The position numbers and the translations under genes were made by a program. The notes under the pieces were generated by a model that did no database searches, was not told the origin of the DNA, and was given only the letters and a program-made list of their open reading frames with translations. From Escherichia phage vB_EcoM_Goslar, in the sequence record NC_048170.1: DNA of 64,000 nt, one strand, 5' to 3'. This document shows, one piece after another, positions 7,499 to 16,861 of this stretch (position 1 is the stretch's first letter; every line of letters begins with the position of its first letter).

Positions 7499-10018
7499 TT
7501 AAATAATCGTGACGTGTTCGTTATATGTTTCAGGGAGAATGATGTTCGTTTTATCAAGAACCATACACTCTGCTTTACGGAACGACGCATGGTTGATAAC
7601 ATAGTGGCTGATGAACCACACCTGACTTACACGGTGACCATCAACCAAACGACGAACAAAATCCATGGCATTAGATTGGTGTTGTGGATCAAATGTTGAT
7701 GCGAATTCATCTAACATCAACGGATAATCCGTAAACCCTTTGTAATGCATCATCGCGATGATAAACGCGATATTGATAATTTCCTTTTGCCCCTTACTCC
7801 CATAAACAATATCTTTTCGCGGTGTCGGATACTTCTCAGTTAAAAGCGGAAAACGATAGTTCAATCCTTGCGCATCGATAGCACATGGGAGTATCTGAAG
7901 TTGGTATTCCCAAATACTCGCAATGATACCATTCATGTATTCGACGAACGCGTTGATTGGACCCGCGATTGTTTCGGCAATCAGTCCGTTAGATGGACTT
8001 AACTCATCCAGAACCAGTTGTGCGTAACTGAGCTGTTCTTCCACCTCTTTTTGTGTCGTTTCCAACTGAGCCAAAAGCTGCTGGTCGGTTTTAGCTTCCT
8101 GTAGTTGTTGTTCGACATGACTTATTCGGCGAACCGTATCAGACATCGCAGCACGTAACGATTTCGTGTAGAGGTGTTGCAGATACTCTAGCCACAGTTG
8201 CGTTAACGCTTTATCGCTGTTATCAGAACGCACCTGATCTTCCATAATCGTCGTAATGGTTTCCAGCCTACCTTCCGTAGCTGTGATGGCTTGTGTTAAC
8301 CGTTCAACGGTAGTCAGCAACTCTGTCCTGTTCTTATAAAGCAATTCTCGACGTTGCTGTAACGGTTCAACATCAACCGCTTGTACACGTTCGAGCATGC
8401 CTTGAAGATGTTTACGTTCCTGTTCGGCTTGTGTGTAACGCGCAAGTTTCTCAAACGCAAGCAACCAATCGTTAATGATGCCAATGCTGCGGAATCCTAA
8501 ACCGTTTTTACGGCCTTCTTCCAGCAGATTGTCCCACATGGGTTTAATGGCGTAATAATCTTTCGTCCAACGTGTTAACTGACGATGCTGTTCCATCCAG
8601 AGCGTATAACGCTGCACCTTCTCATTAAGTTCGGCTAACGATTTCTCTTGTTCTTCAACCCAAGCACGACCCTTCTGAATACGTTGTTCAATACTCGCTT
8701 TGCTGGTCTTTTCTGTTTCACCAACATGAAAGCGATAATTGCATTTTGGACAGCTGGTCTGGGGTTGATGATTCAGGTGGTCAAGATGCGCTTCCAAATC
8801 GGCTAACGCATGTTTCGCGTTACGCAAACGCATTCTTGCCGCCTCTTCCTCCTTGATGTAAGCTTCAGCATCGTAAACATGATAGGTGTTGTCGGTATCA
8901 ATCCATTCTTGGAGTAATTCTGTTAACGGAGCCTGAACTTGCGTGAGCTGCTGTAAACAAACCGCGGCGTCCAGATTCATTGTTAAAAGCTCACCTGGAT
9001 GATCTTGCTGAAGTTGTTCGTCCAAACGTGCGAGACGGGCTTTAATCTGATCGATATCGCCTTCTCCAGACTGTTTCAACTGGTCAAGGATATTATCGAT
9101 ACCCAACAGCTCGTCAACCTGACTTTCGAGTTTCGCATTCGCATTCGCGAGTTGCTCTCTTAGTTCAGCCAGATTCCGCTGTTCTTGTTGCGATGTTCCT
9201 CCTTGGTAACGAACAACCGCATGAAGAAGCTCGCGATTAAAATGATGAGCACGTTGTGCGGATTCCAGAAGCTGTCGTTGATCAACATCACTATCGAATA
9301 ACGGCAATCCCATCATCGCTTCGAGCGCTGAGCGTTGCTGCTTTAACTCTGCTTCCAATCCCTGGTGGTCGGTTCCGGTGTATTTCGCTTCAATGCGCTG
9401 TGATGTTTCAACCAACTTATTCAGTGTATGCTCATTCACCGCTTTCAGTGAACGTACTTGTTGCTTAACAACCTGAAACAACTCAAGCGCATAATCGACG
9501 TTAACCGGACATATCTGCGTTAATCGTTCGCGACGTTTCATTGGCCCCATTTCAGTGAACTGGTAAGCTGTTTCGTAACCTAACAACAAACGAATGGTAT
9601 CGTCATTAAGTTCGAAATGTTCTTCGATCAGTTTCCACTGGGCCGGTTGTGTGCCACCACCATTCAGGTTCTCGCTATCGTTAACGTAGAACTCATGCTT
9701 AAACCCTTTTTCTAAACGACTGATAAGACGGTATTGCTTATTACGGTGTTCGCAGCGGTACTCGTAATACCCGTCTTTATCAAAATCGGCACGCTCAGGA
9801 ACGGTCGGATACAGCAAAGGCAATAGACTACTCTTACCCGAACCATTACTACCTAAAATGAGTTGTACGGGATTATCTGGCCGGATGACCAGCTCCCGAA
9901 TCATCCCGGTATCAAAACGATTGAATCCACGTAAGTGGAGATAGGTGCATCGCATGCTATGATAATCCTTCTTCGATACCTTCTGAACCCGTGGTTCAGA
10001 ATGCGAAGCTGAAGCCAT
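7499..10018 (-). CDS. SbcC/Rad50-like recombination ATPase
   Basis: Walker A LILGSNGSGKSSLL, long heptad-rich central region, CPKC zinc-hook-like motif in the middle, C-terminal LMLDEFAST Walker B/D-loop. Confidence 0.6.
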   Translation of the reverse strand: MASASHSEPRVQKVSKKDYHSMRCTYLHLRGFNRFDTGMIRELVIRPDNPVQLILGSNGSGKSSLLPLLYPTVPERADFDKDGYYEYRCEHRNKQYRLISRLEKGFKHEFYVNDSENLNGGGTQPAQWKLIEEHFELNDDTIRLLLGYETAYQFTEMGPMKRRERLTQICPVNVDYALELFQVVKQQVRSLKAVNEHTLNKLVETSQRIEAKYTGTDHQGLEAELKQQRSALEAMMGLPLFDSDVDQRQLLESAQRAHHFNRELLHAVVRYQGGTSQQEQRNLAELREQLANANAKLESQVDELLGIDNILDQLKQSGEGDIDQIKARLARLDEQLQQDHPGELLTMNLDAAVCLQQLTQVQAPLTELLQEWIDTDNTYHVYDAEAYIKEEEAARMRLRNAKHALADLEAHLDHLNHQPQTSCPKCNYRFHVGETEKTSKASIEQRIQKGRAWVEEQEKSLAELNEKVQRYTLWMEQHRQLTRWTKDYYAIKPMWDNLLEEGRKNGLGFRSIGIINDWLLAFEKLARYTQAEQERKHLQGMLERVQAVDVEPLQQRRELLYKNRTELLTTVERLTQAITATEGRLETITTIMEDQVRSDNSDKALTQLWLEYLQHLYTKSLRAAMSDTVRRISHVEQQLQEAKTDQQLLAQLETTQKEVEEQLSYAQLVLDELSPSNGLIAETIAGPINAFVEYMNGIIASIWEYQLQILPCAIDAQGLNYRFPLLTEKYPTPRKDIVYGSKGQKEIINIAFIIAMMHYKGFTDYPLMLDEFASTFDPQHQSNAMDFVRRLVDGHRVSQVWFISHYVINHASFRKAECMVLDKTNIILPETYNEHVTII

Positions 10019-10069
10019 ACTTCAGCGTTATTTTCTATATCGTTATTTAAATCAGTAGGAGATTACAGC

Positions 10070-11158
10070 ATGAGCGATCTGGCAACAGACAATCGCACAA
10101 AAGGGAGTCAGCTAGCTCCAGACAACAACGTAAGCGTTTTCCGTATCTATGCCTTGGGTACTGTTGCTGCCGACTTTTCCAATAAAAGTCTGGAGGAAGA
10201 TCCTAACCAGACGCTGGAGGTCTTTCTTGATGAGATGATGTCAGGCGCTGATGGGAAAGTTGAAGCGGCGGGAAGCGTTAAAGAAGTCAGTGCAACAGAC
10301 GCTCAAGGGAACAGTTATACGGCGAAAGCGGCAACAACAACCAGCGTACAGTGTTATTGGTTACCTTTCGGCAGTAACCGGATGACAGCACCTAACTTGA
10401 GGAAAGGTCAGCGTGTGGTGGTCTGGCGTACCGCCGATGAAGAACAACTCTACTGGCAACCCAAAGGAGGGGATAGTGAGTTGATGACCATGGAATCGGT
10501 TATCCTCACCGTCAGCGCACGTCCTAGCGCTAAGAAGGACCGTAAATCGATTTCAACGGAAGACTGCTATTACCTAATGGTTGATACCTTCCTCAAGAAA
10601 GCGGTTATCGGCACCAGCGCACAGCTTGGTGAAGTTACCCAAGTTTACATGGAACTTAATCTGGACGAGGGTTACCTACAGGTTGCGGACAGCGTCCATC
10701 AAAATCTGCTGTTACTCCATTTCGTTGAACATATGCTACGTTATCAAAACCAGGACGACAGCATCATCGACGTGACAAAAAAGAACATCACATTCCAGTG
10801 CGAGGATACGCTCAAAGCAATCGCTAAGAACGATATCCGAATGAAAGCAAAAAACATTTATACCGAATGTGAGAACTTCGAACGTACCAGCAAAACAGAA
10901 AGCGTTACGAGCCAGAATGTTTCTTTGAAGTGTGATCGTTACACGGCGCAAGTATCAGGACAGACCACGTTTAAATGTCCGAATACGGTATTCACTGGAG
11001 CTGTAAGCTTCACAGGTGAAGACGGAAACACGATGACGTTGAATGGGAACTTCATACACGTCGCAGGCTCTTGGCGTTCACCAACCGGAACAAACGTATA
11101 CACCCACGATCACGGTGGTGTAGATCGTGGTAGTGGTCGTACAGACCCGTTCCAATAA
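10070..11158 (+). CDS. possible baseplate central spike protein (gpV/gp5-like OB-fold)
   Basis: YWLPF...GQRVVVW...YWQPKGG resembles the gpV/VgrG OB-fold signature; C-terminal THDHGG could be a metal-binding HxH tip; AGGAG SD; low certainty. Confidence 0.3.
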   Translation: MSDLATDNRTKGSQLAPDNNVSVFRIYALGTVAADFSNKSLEEDPNQTLEVFLDEMMSGADGKVEAAGSVKEVSATDAQGNSYTAKAATTTSVQCYWLPFGSNRMTAPNLRKGQRVVVWRTADEEQLYWQPKGGDSELMTMESVILTVSARPSAKKDRKSISTEDCYYLMVDTFLKKAVIGTSAQLGEVTQVYMELNLDEGYLQVADSVHQNLLLLHFVEHMLRYQNQDDSIIDVTKKNITFQCEDTLKAIAKNDIRMKAKNIYTECENFERTSKTESVTSQNVSLKCDRYTAQVSGQTTFKCPNTVFTGAVSFTGEDGNTMTLNGNFIHVAGSWRSPTGTNVYTHDHGGVDRGSGRTDPFQ

Positions 11159-11185
11159 ACAGAAGAAAAAAGAAATGCTATACAA

Positions 11186-11220
11186 CCTCCTTCCCTAGCC
11201 GTCAAGGCCGGGGAAGGAGG
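11186..11220. terminator. conserved intergenic stem-loop (variant loop), between convergent genes
   Basis: cctccttccc-tagccgtcaaggccg-gggaaggagg; 10-bp outer stem, U-rich flanks on both strands. Confidence 0.5.
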
Positions 11221-11235
11221 ATTATAGTTTATTTA

Positions 11236-11625
11236 TTAACGCGTTGCATTCTGGATGATTTCTTTTCCGATCTTAACCAAAGCGGGTATCTGTACAGCGG
11301 TTGCGCCTCGATGACGAAACGCGGTCGTTAACGCAGTATCGATACTCACCGCACGTCCATGAAGACGATCGAAATAGACTTGAGTGATTGCGGTAGCGTA
11401 ATCCTTTCGCTGTTTCTTGGTTTGGCTCAACAGCGCCGCACTATGACTAACGATGAAGTAAGCGATTAAGAAGAACGCCGCTGAACGCGAACCGGGTAGA
11501 AAACCTTGTCGCTTAGGGAGCATCTCACAATCGCGAACACTATTATCGTTCGCCAGCTCTTCCATATCAACACAGCATAATTTTGCATAGGTGTGGAGAT
11601 AGTGGGTAAAAGTTGAATTTAACAT
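11236..11625 (-). CDS. hypothetical protein
   Basis: 129-aa ORF, ATG with GAGGAAAG SD; last gene of a minus-strand block of 8 small genes. Confidence 0.45.
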   Translation of the reverse strand: MLNSTFTHYLHTYAKLCCVDMEELANDNSVRDCEMLPKRQGFLPGSRSAAFFLIAYFIVSHSAALLSQTKKQRKDYATAITQVYFDRLHGRAVSIDTALTTAFRHRGATAVQIPALVKIGKEIIQNATR

Positions 11626-11730
11626 TTTCTTTCCTCGATTACAATGAGTTCAATGTATAGCTTAAACGTCACAGAACGACGTATAACAGTTTGTTTTAAT
11701 TTCTAAGGGGTTTCCTTATCTAAGATTGAA

Positions 11731-12093
11731 TTAAAGCGCTCTGAAGAGTTCTGTAGCGTTCTCGTCACGTAAACAGGCTTCGTTCAACAATTCAGCTAAC
11801 AGCTTCGACCGAACTTCAACAAATGTCCTGAGGCGATGCTCCCATTCTAAACGGATAGTGTACGTATTATCCAGGTTTTTGTAATCAACGACAGATGTAG
11901 AACAACGGGCTTCGCGTTTGTTCACAGCACTCCAAACATCACGGATAACCATCACGCCTTTCTTGGTACACGTAAACGTTAAAATAAAGCGATTATTCGC
12001 TGCTTCTTCACGGACATGACTAAATTCACTTCGTAACGATGAGACTTTGATAAGTCGGTCAATAGCTAACGATAAACCGATACGTTGTTGCAT
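11731..12093 (-). CDS. hypothetical protein
   Basis: 120-aa ORF, SD AAGAGGGG; start lies 1 nt from the stop of the upstream gene. Confidence 0.45.
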   Translation of the reverse strand: MQQRIGLSLAIDRLIKVSSLRSEFSHVREEAANNRFILTFTCTKKGVMVIRDVWSAVNKREARCSTSVVDYKNLDNTYTIRLEWEHRLRTFVEVRSKLLAELLNEACLRDENATELFRAL

Positions 12094-12094
12094 A

Positions 12095-12520
12095 TCAAAT
12101 CCCCTCTTTCAGAATCTCATTAAGACCGTCAGTAATCCAGTCGAACTTCGTCTTAATCATGGCTGGGTTCAATCCATATACTTCCCACACAAGCTGGGGT
12201 TTATGTGTTCCATCGTCCAAACAAAGCACATCGATTGAGAGTACCATACCACCCGTCAATTTCATGTTCTCGCAACTACGAAGATATGCGGATTCTAGCA
12301 ATACTTTCCCTAACGCAGTGCAAGCAAATGTTAACCGGGAAGAGTACAGGTACGATGACGTTTTACAGTAGGTTGCTGATATCGGTTGAATATGTTTGCG
12401 GAGTTTGGCGTCTTCACGTAAAAGCAATAACGTGTGATGTAACCGCGTATGCTCGGTAACCGATGAGCTATACTCACCGATGCACTCTTCGGCGACTGAT
12501 TTAGGCCATTTAATTTTCAT
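12095..12520 (-). CDS. hypothetical protein
   Basis: 141-aa ORF, SD GAGGAA 7 nt upstream of the ATG. Confidence 0.45.
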   Translation of the reverse strand: MKIKWPKSVAEECIGEYSSSVTEHTRLHHTLLLLREDAKLRKHIQPISATYCKTSSYLYSSRLTFACTALGKVLLESAYLRSCENMKLTGGMVLSIDVLCLDDGTHKPQLVWEVYGLNPAMIKTKFDWITDGLNEILKEGI

Positions 12521-12535
12521 GTTCGATTCCTCGTA

Positions 12536-12979
12536 TTAACACTGTGTTCCATTCGATAAGCGGGTGGTATCAAAACGATCCAGTTGGTGTACAATGCTAT
12601 CAGCAACACGATGCAAATAGTGTATTTTGTCCATTCGTGAAATCGCAGAAATCGTCCAGCAAGCCTCTGACGTCCAATAGGTGCCGTCTTCACTAAGGCT
12701 AACGTTATAAACTAACTTCGTCATCACATTTCTCGCCTTATGCTCAGCAGACCAGAATATGTTTTCTAACACATCCTTCCCCGTTTGTGAAAACACGAAC
12801 CCAAGCTTCACGTCGAAGTCGGATGCTTCAAGATTAACGCAGTGAAGATGATTCTCTAACGGCGCAAAAGAGGCTAAACGTTCCAGCGCATGTTGCAGTG
12901 TGGGATGATCGAGCTTTTCGAGATCATCCGCAGGTTGTTCAGGTACAATCGCGATCGATTTACAGAATTTAATTTCCAT
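12536..12979 (-). CDS. hypothetical protein
   Basis: Track ORF 12536..13057; internal ATG at 12977-12979 has SD AAGAGGA; a GC hairpin sits just upstream. Confidence 0.4.
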   Translation of the reverse strand: MEIKFCKSIAIVPEQPADDLEKLDHPTLQHALERLASFAPLENHLHCVNLEASDFDVKLGFVFSQTGKDVLENIFWSAEHKARNVMTKLVYNVSLSEDGTYWTSEACWTISAISRMDKIHYLHRVADSIVHQLDRFDTTRLSNGTQC

Positions 12980-13091
12980 GGCAGGTTCCTCTTGATAGTG
13001 GTTGATGATAGTAACGGGGACGGCGATGTCCCCTTGGTTTCTTATTGCCCCGCCCAAACCCGATGGGGTACAGGCGGGTGATGTTGATGCG

Positions 13092-13499
13092 TTATAGCGG
13101 CATCAGACGTTCTTTAAGTTGGGTTAACTTATTTGCAACGATGGTCTCAACATCGATGATCTTGTTCATGTTGTCGAGGGTATCCTGCCAGATGAAAATA
13201 TCCACGGAACCGGTTCCGACTAACGCGTTCTCAGGACGATGGTCACGGGTCACGTAGCGTGGTCCCTGCGGGCAGGTTTGTAACTCGATCCAAAGCGCAT
13301 CTAACGGACCACGGTCCGTGACACCTAAGGCGAAGAATTCACCTCGTACGACCAGAACATCATCAGCCGTCCTGACACGGGTTGATCCTTCGTACACCAA
13401 TTCCATCTTTGCTCGACAGGCTGGGTTCTCGTTCCACGCCTGGACGGCATCGGCAAGGGCTATTGACGTTGCGGTGGTGTTCGTTTGATCATGTTGCAT
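13092..13499 (-). CDS. hypothetical protein
   Basis: 135-aa ORF, SD CAGGAG. Confidence 0.45.
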   Translation of the reverse strand: MQHDQTNTTATSIALADAVQAWNENPACRAKMELVYEGSTRVRTADDVLVVRGEFFALGVTDRGPLDALWIELQTCPQGPRYVTRDHRPENALVGTGSVDIFIWQDTLDNMNKIIDVETIVANKLTQLKERLMPL

Positions 13500-13576
13500 T
13501 CTAAGCTCCTGTAACGCTCTCTAAGCGTCGTTTTAAGTTAAGGTATAGTTTCCCTTCTTTGGATTCGTTTATTGCG

Positions 13577-13852
13577 TTATACGGCTTTTCTGTGCGCGTA
13601 GAACGCCTTCGTTCCGTTGTTGATTGCTTCAACCACATCCCGGGTTAACACAACGGCGTTATCGCTTCGAGACGACGGTGCGTAATACCCTTCACCGTTC
13701 TCGGTAATCAGGCGATAACGGACTAAGCCTATGCTCGGTTCAACACGTAGCACCTTCTCAAGTTTGTATTTGATGATCTTCGTCAGGCTGACTGTGTCTG
13801 ACGCGTAGATTGCTTTATAAACCTTGTTCTTTGCTGTCGGTTTCATCAACAT
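13577..13852 (-). CDS. hypothetical protein
   Basis: 91-aa ORF, weak SD. Confidence 0.35.
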   Translation of the reverse strand: MLMKPTAKNKVYKAIYASDTVSLTKIIKYKLEKVLRVEPSIGLVRYRLITENGEGYYAPSSRSDNAVVLTRDVVEAINNGTKAFYAHRKAV

Positions 13853-13892
13853 GATTTCTGTTGTACTTTCCTTTTCGCTTGTTGGTGTTGGA

Positions 13893-14192
13893 TTAAGGTT
13901 TAGGTTCCGTTTTGTGTTGTGCGAGTAGTGTGTTGATCTGCTCCCGTTGTTCTTTTAAGCATGCGGGAAGCTGGTCTTCCCGTACCGTTCCGATTTCCAA
14001 CGTGATGTACCAGCGTTGTTCGGAAGCCTGCCATTGAAAACTGCTCTGTAGCCGTAGGATGCTAGGATCACGTACCTTGCTTGCGCTGTAGCGATCGAAC
14101 CAATCCAGGTAAGCGGCTTTCCCTTCCTCGTCGGCAACGTAACGCTGCACGCTGTTCTTCCCTTTGTTCTCGTATCCCGTTGCACGTATCAT
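13893..14192 (-). CDS. hypothetical protein
   Basis: Track ORF 13893..14246; ATG at 14190-14192 gives an ATGA overlap with the upstream stop (pattern recurs in this window). Confidence 0.4.
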   Translation of the reverse strand: MIRATGYENKGKNSVQRYVADEEGKAAYLDWFDRYSASKVRDPSILRLQSSFQWQASEQRWYITLEIGTVREDQLPACLKEQREQINTLLAQHKTEPKP

Positions 14193-14971
14193 GCGAGCGT
14201 TGCTCCTGCATCGTGTTGCGGATAGCGTAGCATGGTAGCATCCCATTGTACGATCCGGCTCCGGCTTACCCGCATCATGATGGATTCATCGTCAAGACCC
14301 GGCTGCGCAACCGGCAACCAACGTTCGTTAAGCACCTTCGCTTCAACGCGTTTCTTGCGGGGATTGTAACGCACCTCGCTAACCCAAGCGAATCCAAGCG
14401 GATGCACAACCCGCGGATAATACATGCGAAGCAATTGATGCATCCGATCTGTTACCTCCAAGCTCGCCTCCGCCATGTAAGGTTTCACCATGGTAAGCTT
14501 TTTGGTGTAATACGTTCCAACGGTATGGTTCGCCCACCCAGGAAGCGCGTGATGGAATCCTACCTGTAATTGTGTATTACCGTTCACCTTCAGCCATCCG
14601 TATTGTCCCGCTGCACGTCCCTCGTCGGTATCGATCCATGTAAGTATATCGATGAATGCATGATCGGTGATCTCGATGCGTTCCACCCGTTCATCCAACG
14701 CACCACGTACCACGAATCCGCTCGTGCTCATCCGTGCAGGATGCTGGCTGCGATGTGCGTACCAATTCTTGTTGCTGGTAAGCAGGTAAGGATACAAGTG
14801 TGCGCCACGCCAAACAACCTTTCCGTTCGTCCCGTCAACGCAGCGTACGCGCATCCCAGCCTGACCGCTGCTGTAGCATGCTACCTTCACGCATTCCGCT
14901 TGCACCGTTGTCGGTAACGCCAGGTATTCATCTTCGGTAAACATCGTATCAAAAATCAATGCTTCTTTCAT
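14189..14971 (-). CDS. hypothetical protein
   Basis: 260-aa ORF, SD AGAGGAA 9 nt upstream; first gene after the AT-rich non-coding island and promoter-like motif A. Confidence 0.5.
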   Translation of the reverse strand: MKEALIFDTMFTEDEYLALPTTVQAECVKVACYSSGQAGMRVRCVDGTNGKVVWRGAHLYPYLLTSNKNWYAHRSQHPARMSTSGFVVRGALDERVERIEITDHAFIDILTWIDTDEGRAAGQYGWLKVNGNTQLQVGFHHALPGWANHTVGTYYTKKLTMVKPYMAEASLEVTDRMHQLLRMYYPRVVHPLGFAWVSEVRYNPRKKRVEAKVLNERWLPVAQPGLDDESIMMRVSRSRIVQWDATMLRYPQHDAGATLA

Positions 14972-15052
14972 TTAAAAAGTTCCTCTGTTTCACGTTAATT
15001 AAACAACGTATTGATTTCTATTTGACAGAATACGAACAGTGTACGTATCTAT

Positions 15053-15076
15053 CATGAAGGTAATGTAGTCGTGAAA
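15053..15076 (-). promoter_or_regulatory. conserved promoter-like motif, copy A
   Basis: Minus-sense TTCACGACTACATTACCTTCATGA; one of four near-identical copies, about 80 nt upstream of the 14971 start. Confidence 0.45.
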
Positions 15077-15638
15077 GGATTTGTGTTACAGAAAGGGTTT
15101 TGTTTGTTTTAAGAAGGGATGGATTTAGAAGAGGTGTTTCAAGGAAGGTAAACGAGGATAGGTATTTTGATTTAAGTAAGCAAGTAAGATGTTATCTGTA
15201 TTTGTTAAAAGTGTATTGTCTATGTTATCTTGTTTATCTTAGGTTATGTCTTATTGTTCAATCGTTTTATCTTGGTATGTTTACGTTGTTTTTATTTATC
15301 TTAAATTAATTTAAAAGTAGATCAATAAGCTTATCTTCAAAACAATGGATAACATGTGTTTACTACCTTAACGGTAACACATGTCATCTGTGCATTACAC
15401 TACGTTACATGCTAGTTAAATCGGATAACTCAAAAAACCATTTGTGATACTCTTCTTCACGTTGTTCATCAGAGTATCTCGTCTATACTCATTGCATTCG
15501 TATACGACATAACCGTTATACGCTAACGCTACGCTTATAGCTTGATAACTCTAAGGATAAAAACATAAACTCGCTTCGCTCGTTTAGTTTTTCTTTTTCT
15601 TAGAGTTATCCTGTTGCTCGTCTCTAAAGGACTTCGCT

Positions 15639-15666
15639 CCTCCCCCGTCCCCCGAAGGGGCCGAGG
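15639..15666 (-). terminator. degenerate member of the stem-loop family (CCCC-CGAA-GGGG core)
   Basis: cctcccccgtcccccgaaggggccgagg inside the non-coding island. Confidence 0.3.
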
Positions 15667-15777
15667 TCGTGGAAATTTTACTTTCCAAATACATTTACAA
15701 CATCTGTAAACTTTTACTCCAGGTACTTAATCTTATCGTTAGAAATTATAAAAGAGAAGAATAAACACAAACATAAA

Positions 15778-15810
15778 CCTTCCTCCAACCCAACAGGGAA
15801 GGAGGAAGGG
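15778..15810 (-). terminator. conserved intergenic stem-loop terminator
   Basis: ccttcctcc-aa-ccc-aaca-ggg-aa-ggaggaagg directly after the stop of 15826..16719; minus-sense hairpin followed by UUUAUGUUUG. Confidence 0.6.
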
Positions 15811-15825
15811 AGAGCTTGATTTTAA

Positions 15826-16719
15826 TTAATCAGCAGTGTTATAACCGAATACTGCTTTACCGTAGGTGTGGGTACCGTTAGCTAATGACAGCACCAACAC
15901 ATGGTTGTACGTAGCGTTAACACCATTGTCGGTAGAACTGGTGGTAGCACCGTTATAGACAAAGGTAGCTGTTTGCAGATTGGCTTTCAGCTCGGTGATG
16001 ATCTCATCACTTACACCGGTCTGCTCTTTGATCAGCGTGGTCAGGTTACCTGCCAGGCTTTCATTGATCTTGGTTTCGTTATTGGTAATCCCCTGTAAAC
16101 CTGCAGTGTAGGTGCTGAAGTCTAACGGATAGGTTAACAGACGTGCTGACGTTTTGGTACCATCGCCTTCATCAACGTAGGTTAAGTTACCCAGGTTGGT
16201 AACCTTGATGATGTTAGCCAGATCCAGCGTAGTGTTATAAACTTTAACTTGAACAGAGCCATACCACGCCAACGAATCTTCTTTGGCTTCCAGGGTGATC
16301 GTCTGGATACCATGCTCGTTGAAGGTAACCGGATTAGATAACGTATCGGCTTTGATGTCTTTATCTTTATCCAGGAACTTCTCACCGGTCGGCGTGATCA
16401 TACCGTAGCGTTGAGCTACAAGGTCAACCACATCACCGATGGTGGTGTCAGCAGTAACGTTAACACGTACAGCGATTTTCTGGAACCACTTAGCCAGATC
16501 CAGACGATGGTAGGTAACATCGCGGTTATTGAAGTAAGGGGTACCTTCACCAGGGCTAAGCGTTAAAGTTGCGTCTGGAGCAGAATCACTTTTGGATTTA
16601 AGGACGTATTTAAGGTCGGTATATTTGAAGTTGGCACCAGTGTCAGTGTTGAGTTTGTTAATCTCATCAACGATAAGTTGCCAAGGTGTTTTTAAAGTAA
16701 GCGATACTTGAGTTGCCAT
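15826..16719 (-). CDS. virion-type protein, paralog family A (YxRxD and LAWxGSV motifs)
   Basis: Contains TYHRLDLAKWF and LAWYGSVQVKV shared with four other ORFs; optimal-codon-rich; SD GAGGT. Confidence 0.55.
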   Translation of the reverse strand: MATQVSLTLKTPWQLIVDEINKLNTDTGANFKYTDLKYVLKSKSDSAPDATLTLSPGEGTPYFNNRDVTYHRLDLAKWFQKIAVRVNVTADTTIGDVVDLVAQRYGMITPTGEKFLDKDKDIKADTLSNPVTFNEHGIQTITLEAKEDSLAWYGSVQVKVYNTTLDLANIIKVTNLGNLTYVDEGDGTKTSARLLTYPLDFSTYTAGLQGITNNETKINESLAGNLTTLIKEQTGVSDEIITELKANLQTATFVYNGATTSSTDNGVNATYNHVLVLSLANGTHTYGKAVFGYNTAD

Positions 16720-16861
16720 TTTCTACCTCTATGGTTGTTACATCACTCTCAAAAGATGTAAGTGTTTACAGAAATCAGTATATTTTATATTAATGTAAAT
16801 ATTATGGAGAACGACTCCGATTCTCCTTTTCGACCATCAAAAAATCAGAGGATACACAATC

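Larger units (their letters stand above)
14975..15777. other. AT-rich non-coding island (candidate origin or regulatory region)
   Basis: About 800 bp without a credible ORF; about six TTATCT(T) copies at 15190-15340, 33-nt near-palindrome 15351-15383, inverted 12-mer GATAACTCTAAG at 15544-15556 and 15599-15611 with TTATCC DnaA-box-like cores, GC hairpin 15639-15666. Confidence 0.45.

Noticed and set aside
13015-13032. GC hairpin GGGGAC-ggcgat-GTCCCC upstream of the 12979 start as a terminator
   Set aside because: It has T-rich sequence only on the plus strand, where no gene is transcribed; on the minus strand it lies in a 5' leader. It may be a structural element, but the evidence is too thin to call.
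15053-15076. Reading the promoter-like motif as a sigma70 promoter
   Set aside because: Only a TTGACG/TTCACG-like hexamer is present; sequences 17 nt downstream (ATAGAT, ATAACA, ACAGAC, AAGTAA) are poor -10 elements, whereas conservation is strongest in the centre (CTACATTACCT).
15100-15309. 69-aa ORF inside the AT-rich non-coding island
   Set aside because: Low-complexity Leu/Tyr/Cys-rich translation across the TTATCTT repeats, no SD; more likely a by-product of the repeat sequence.
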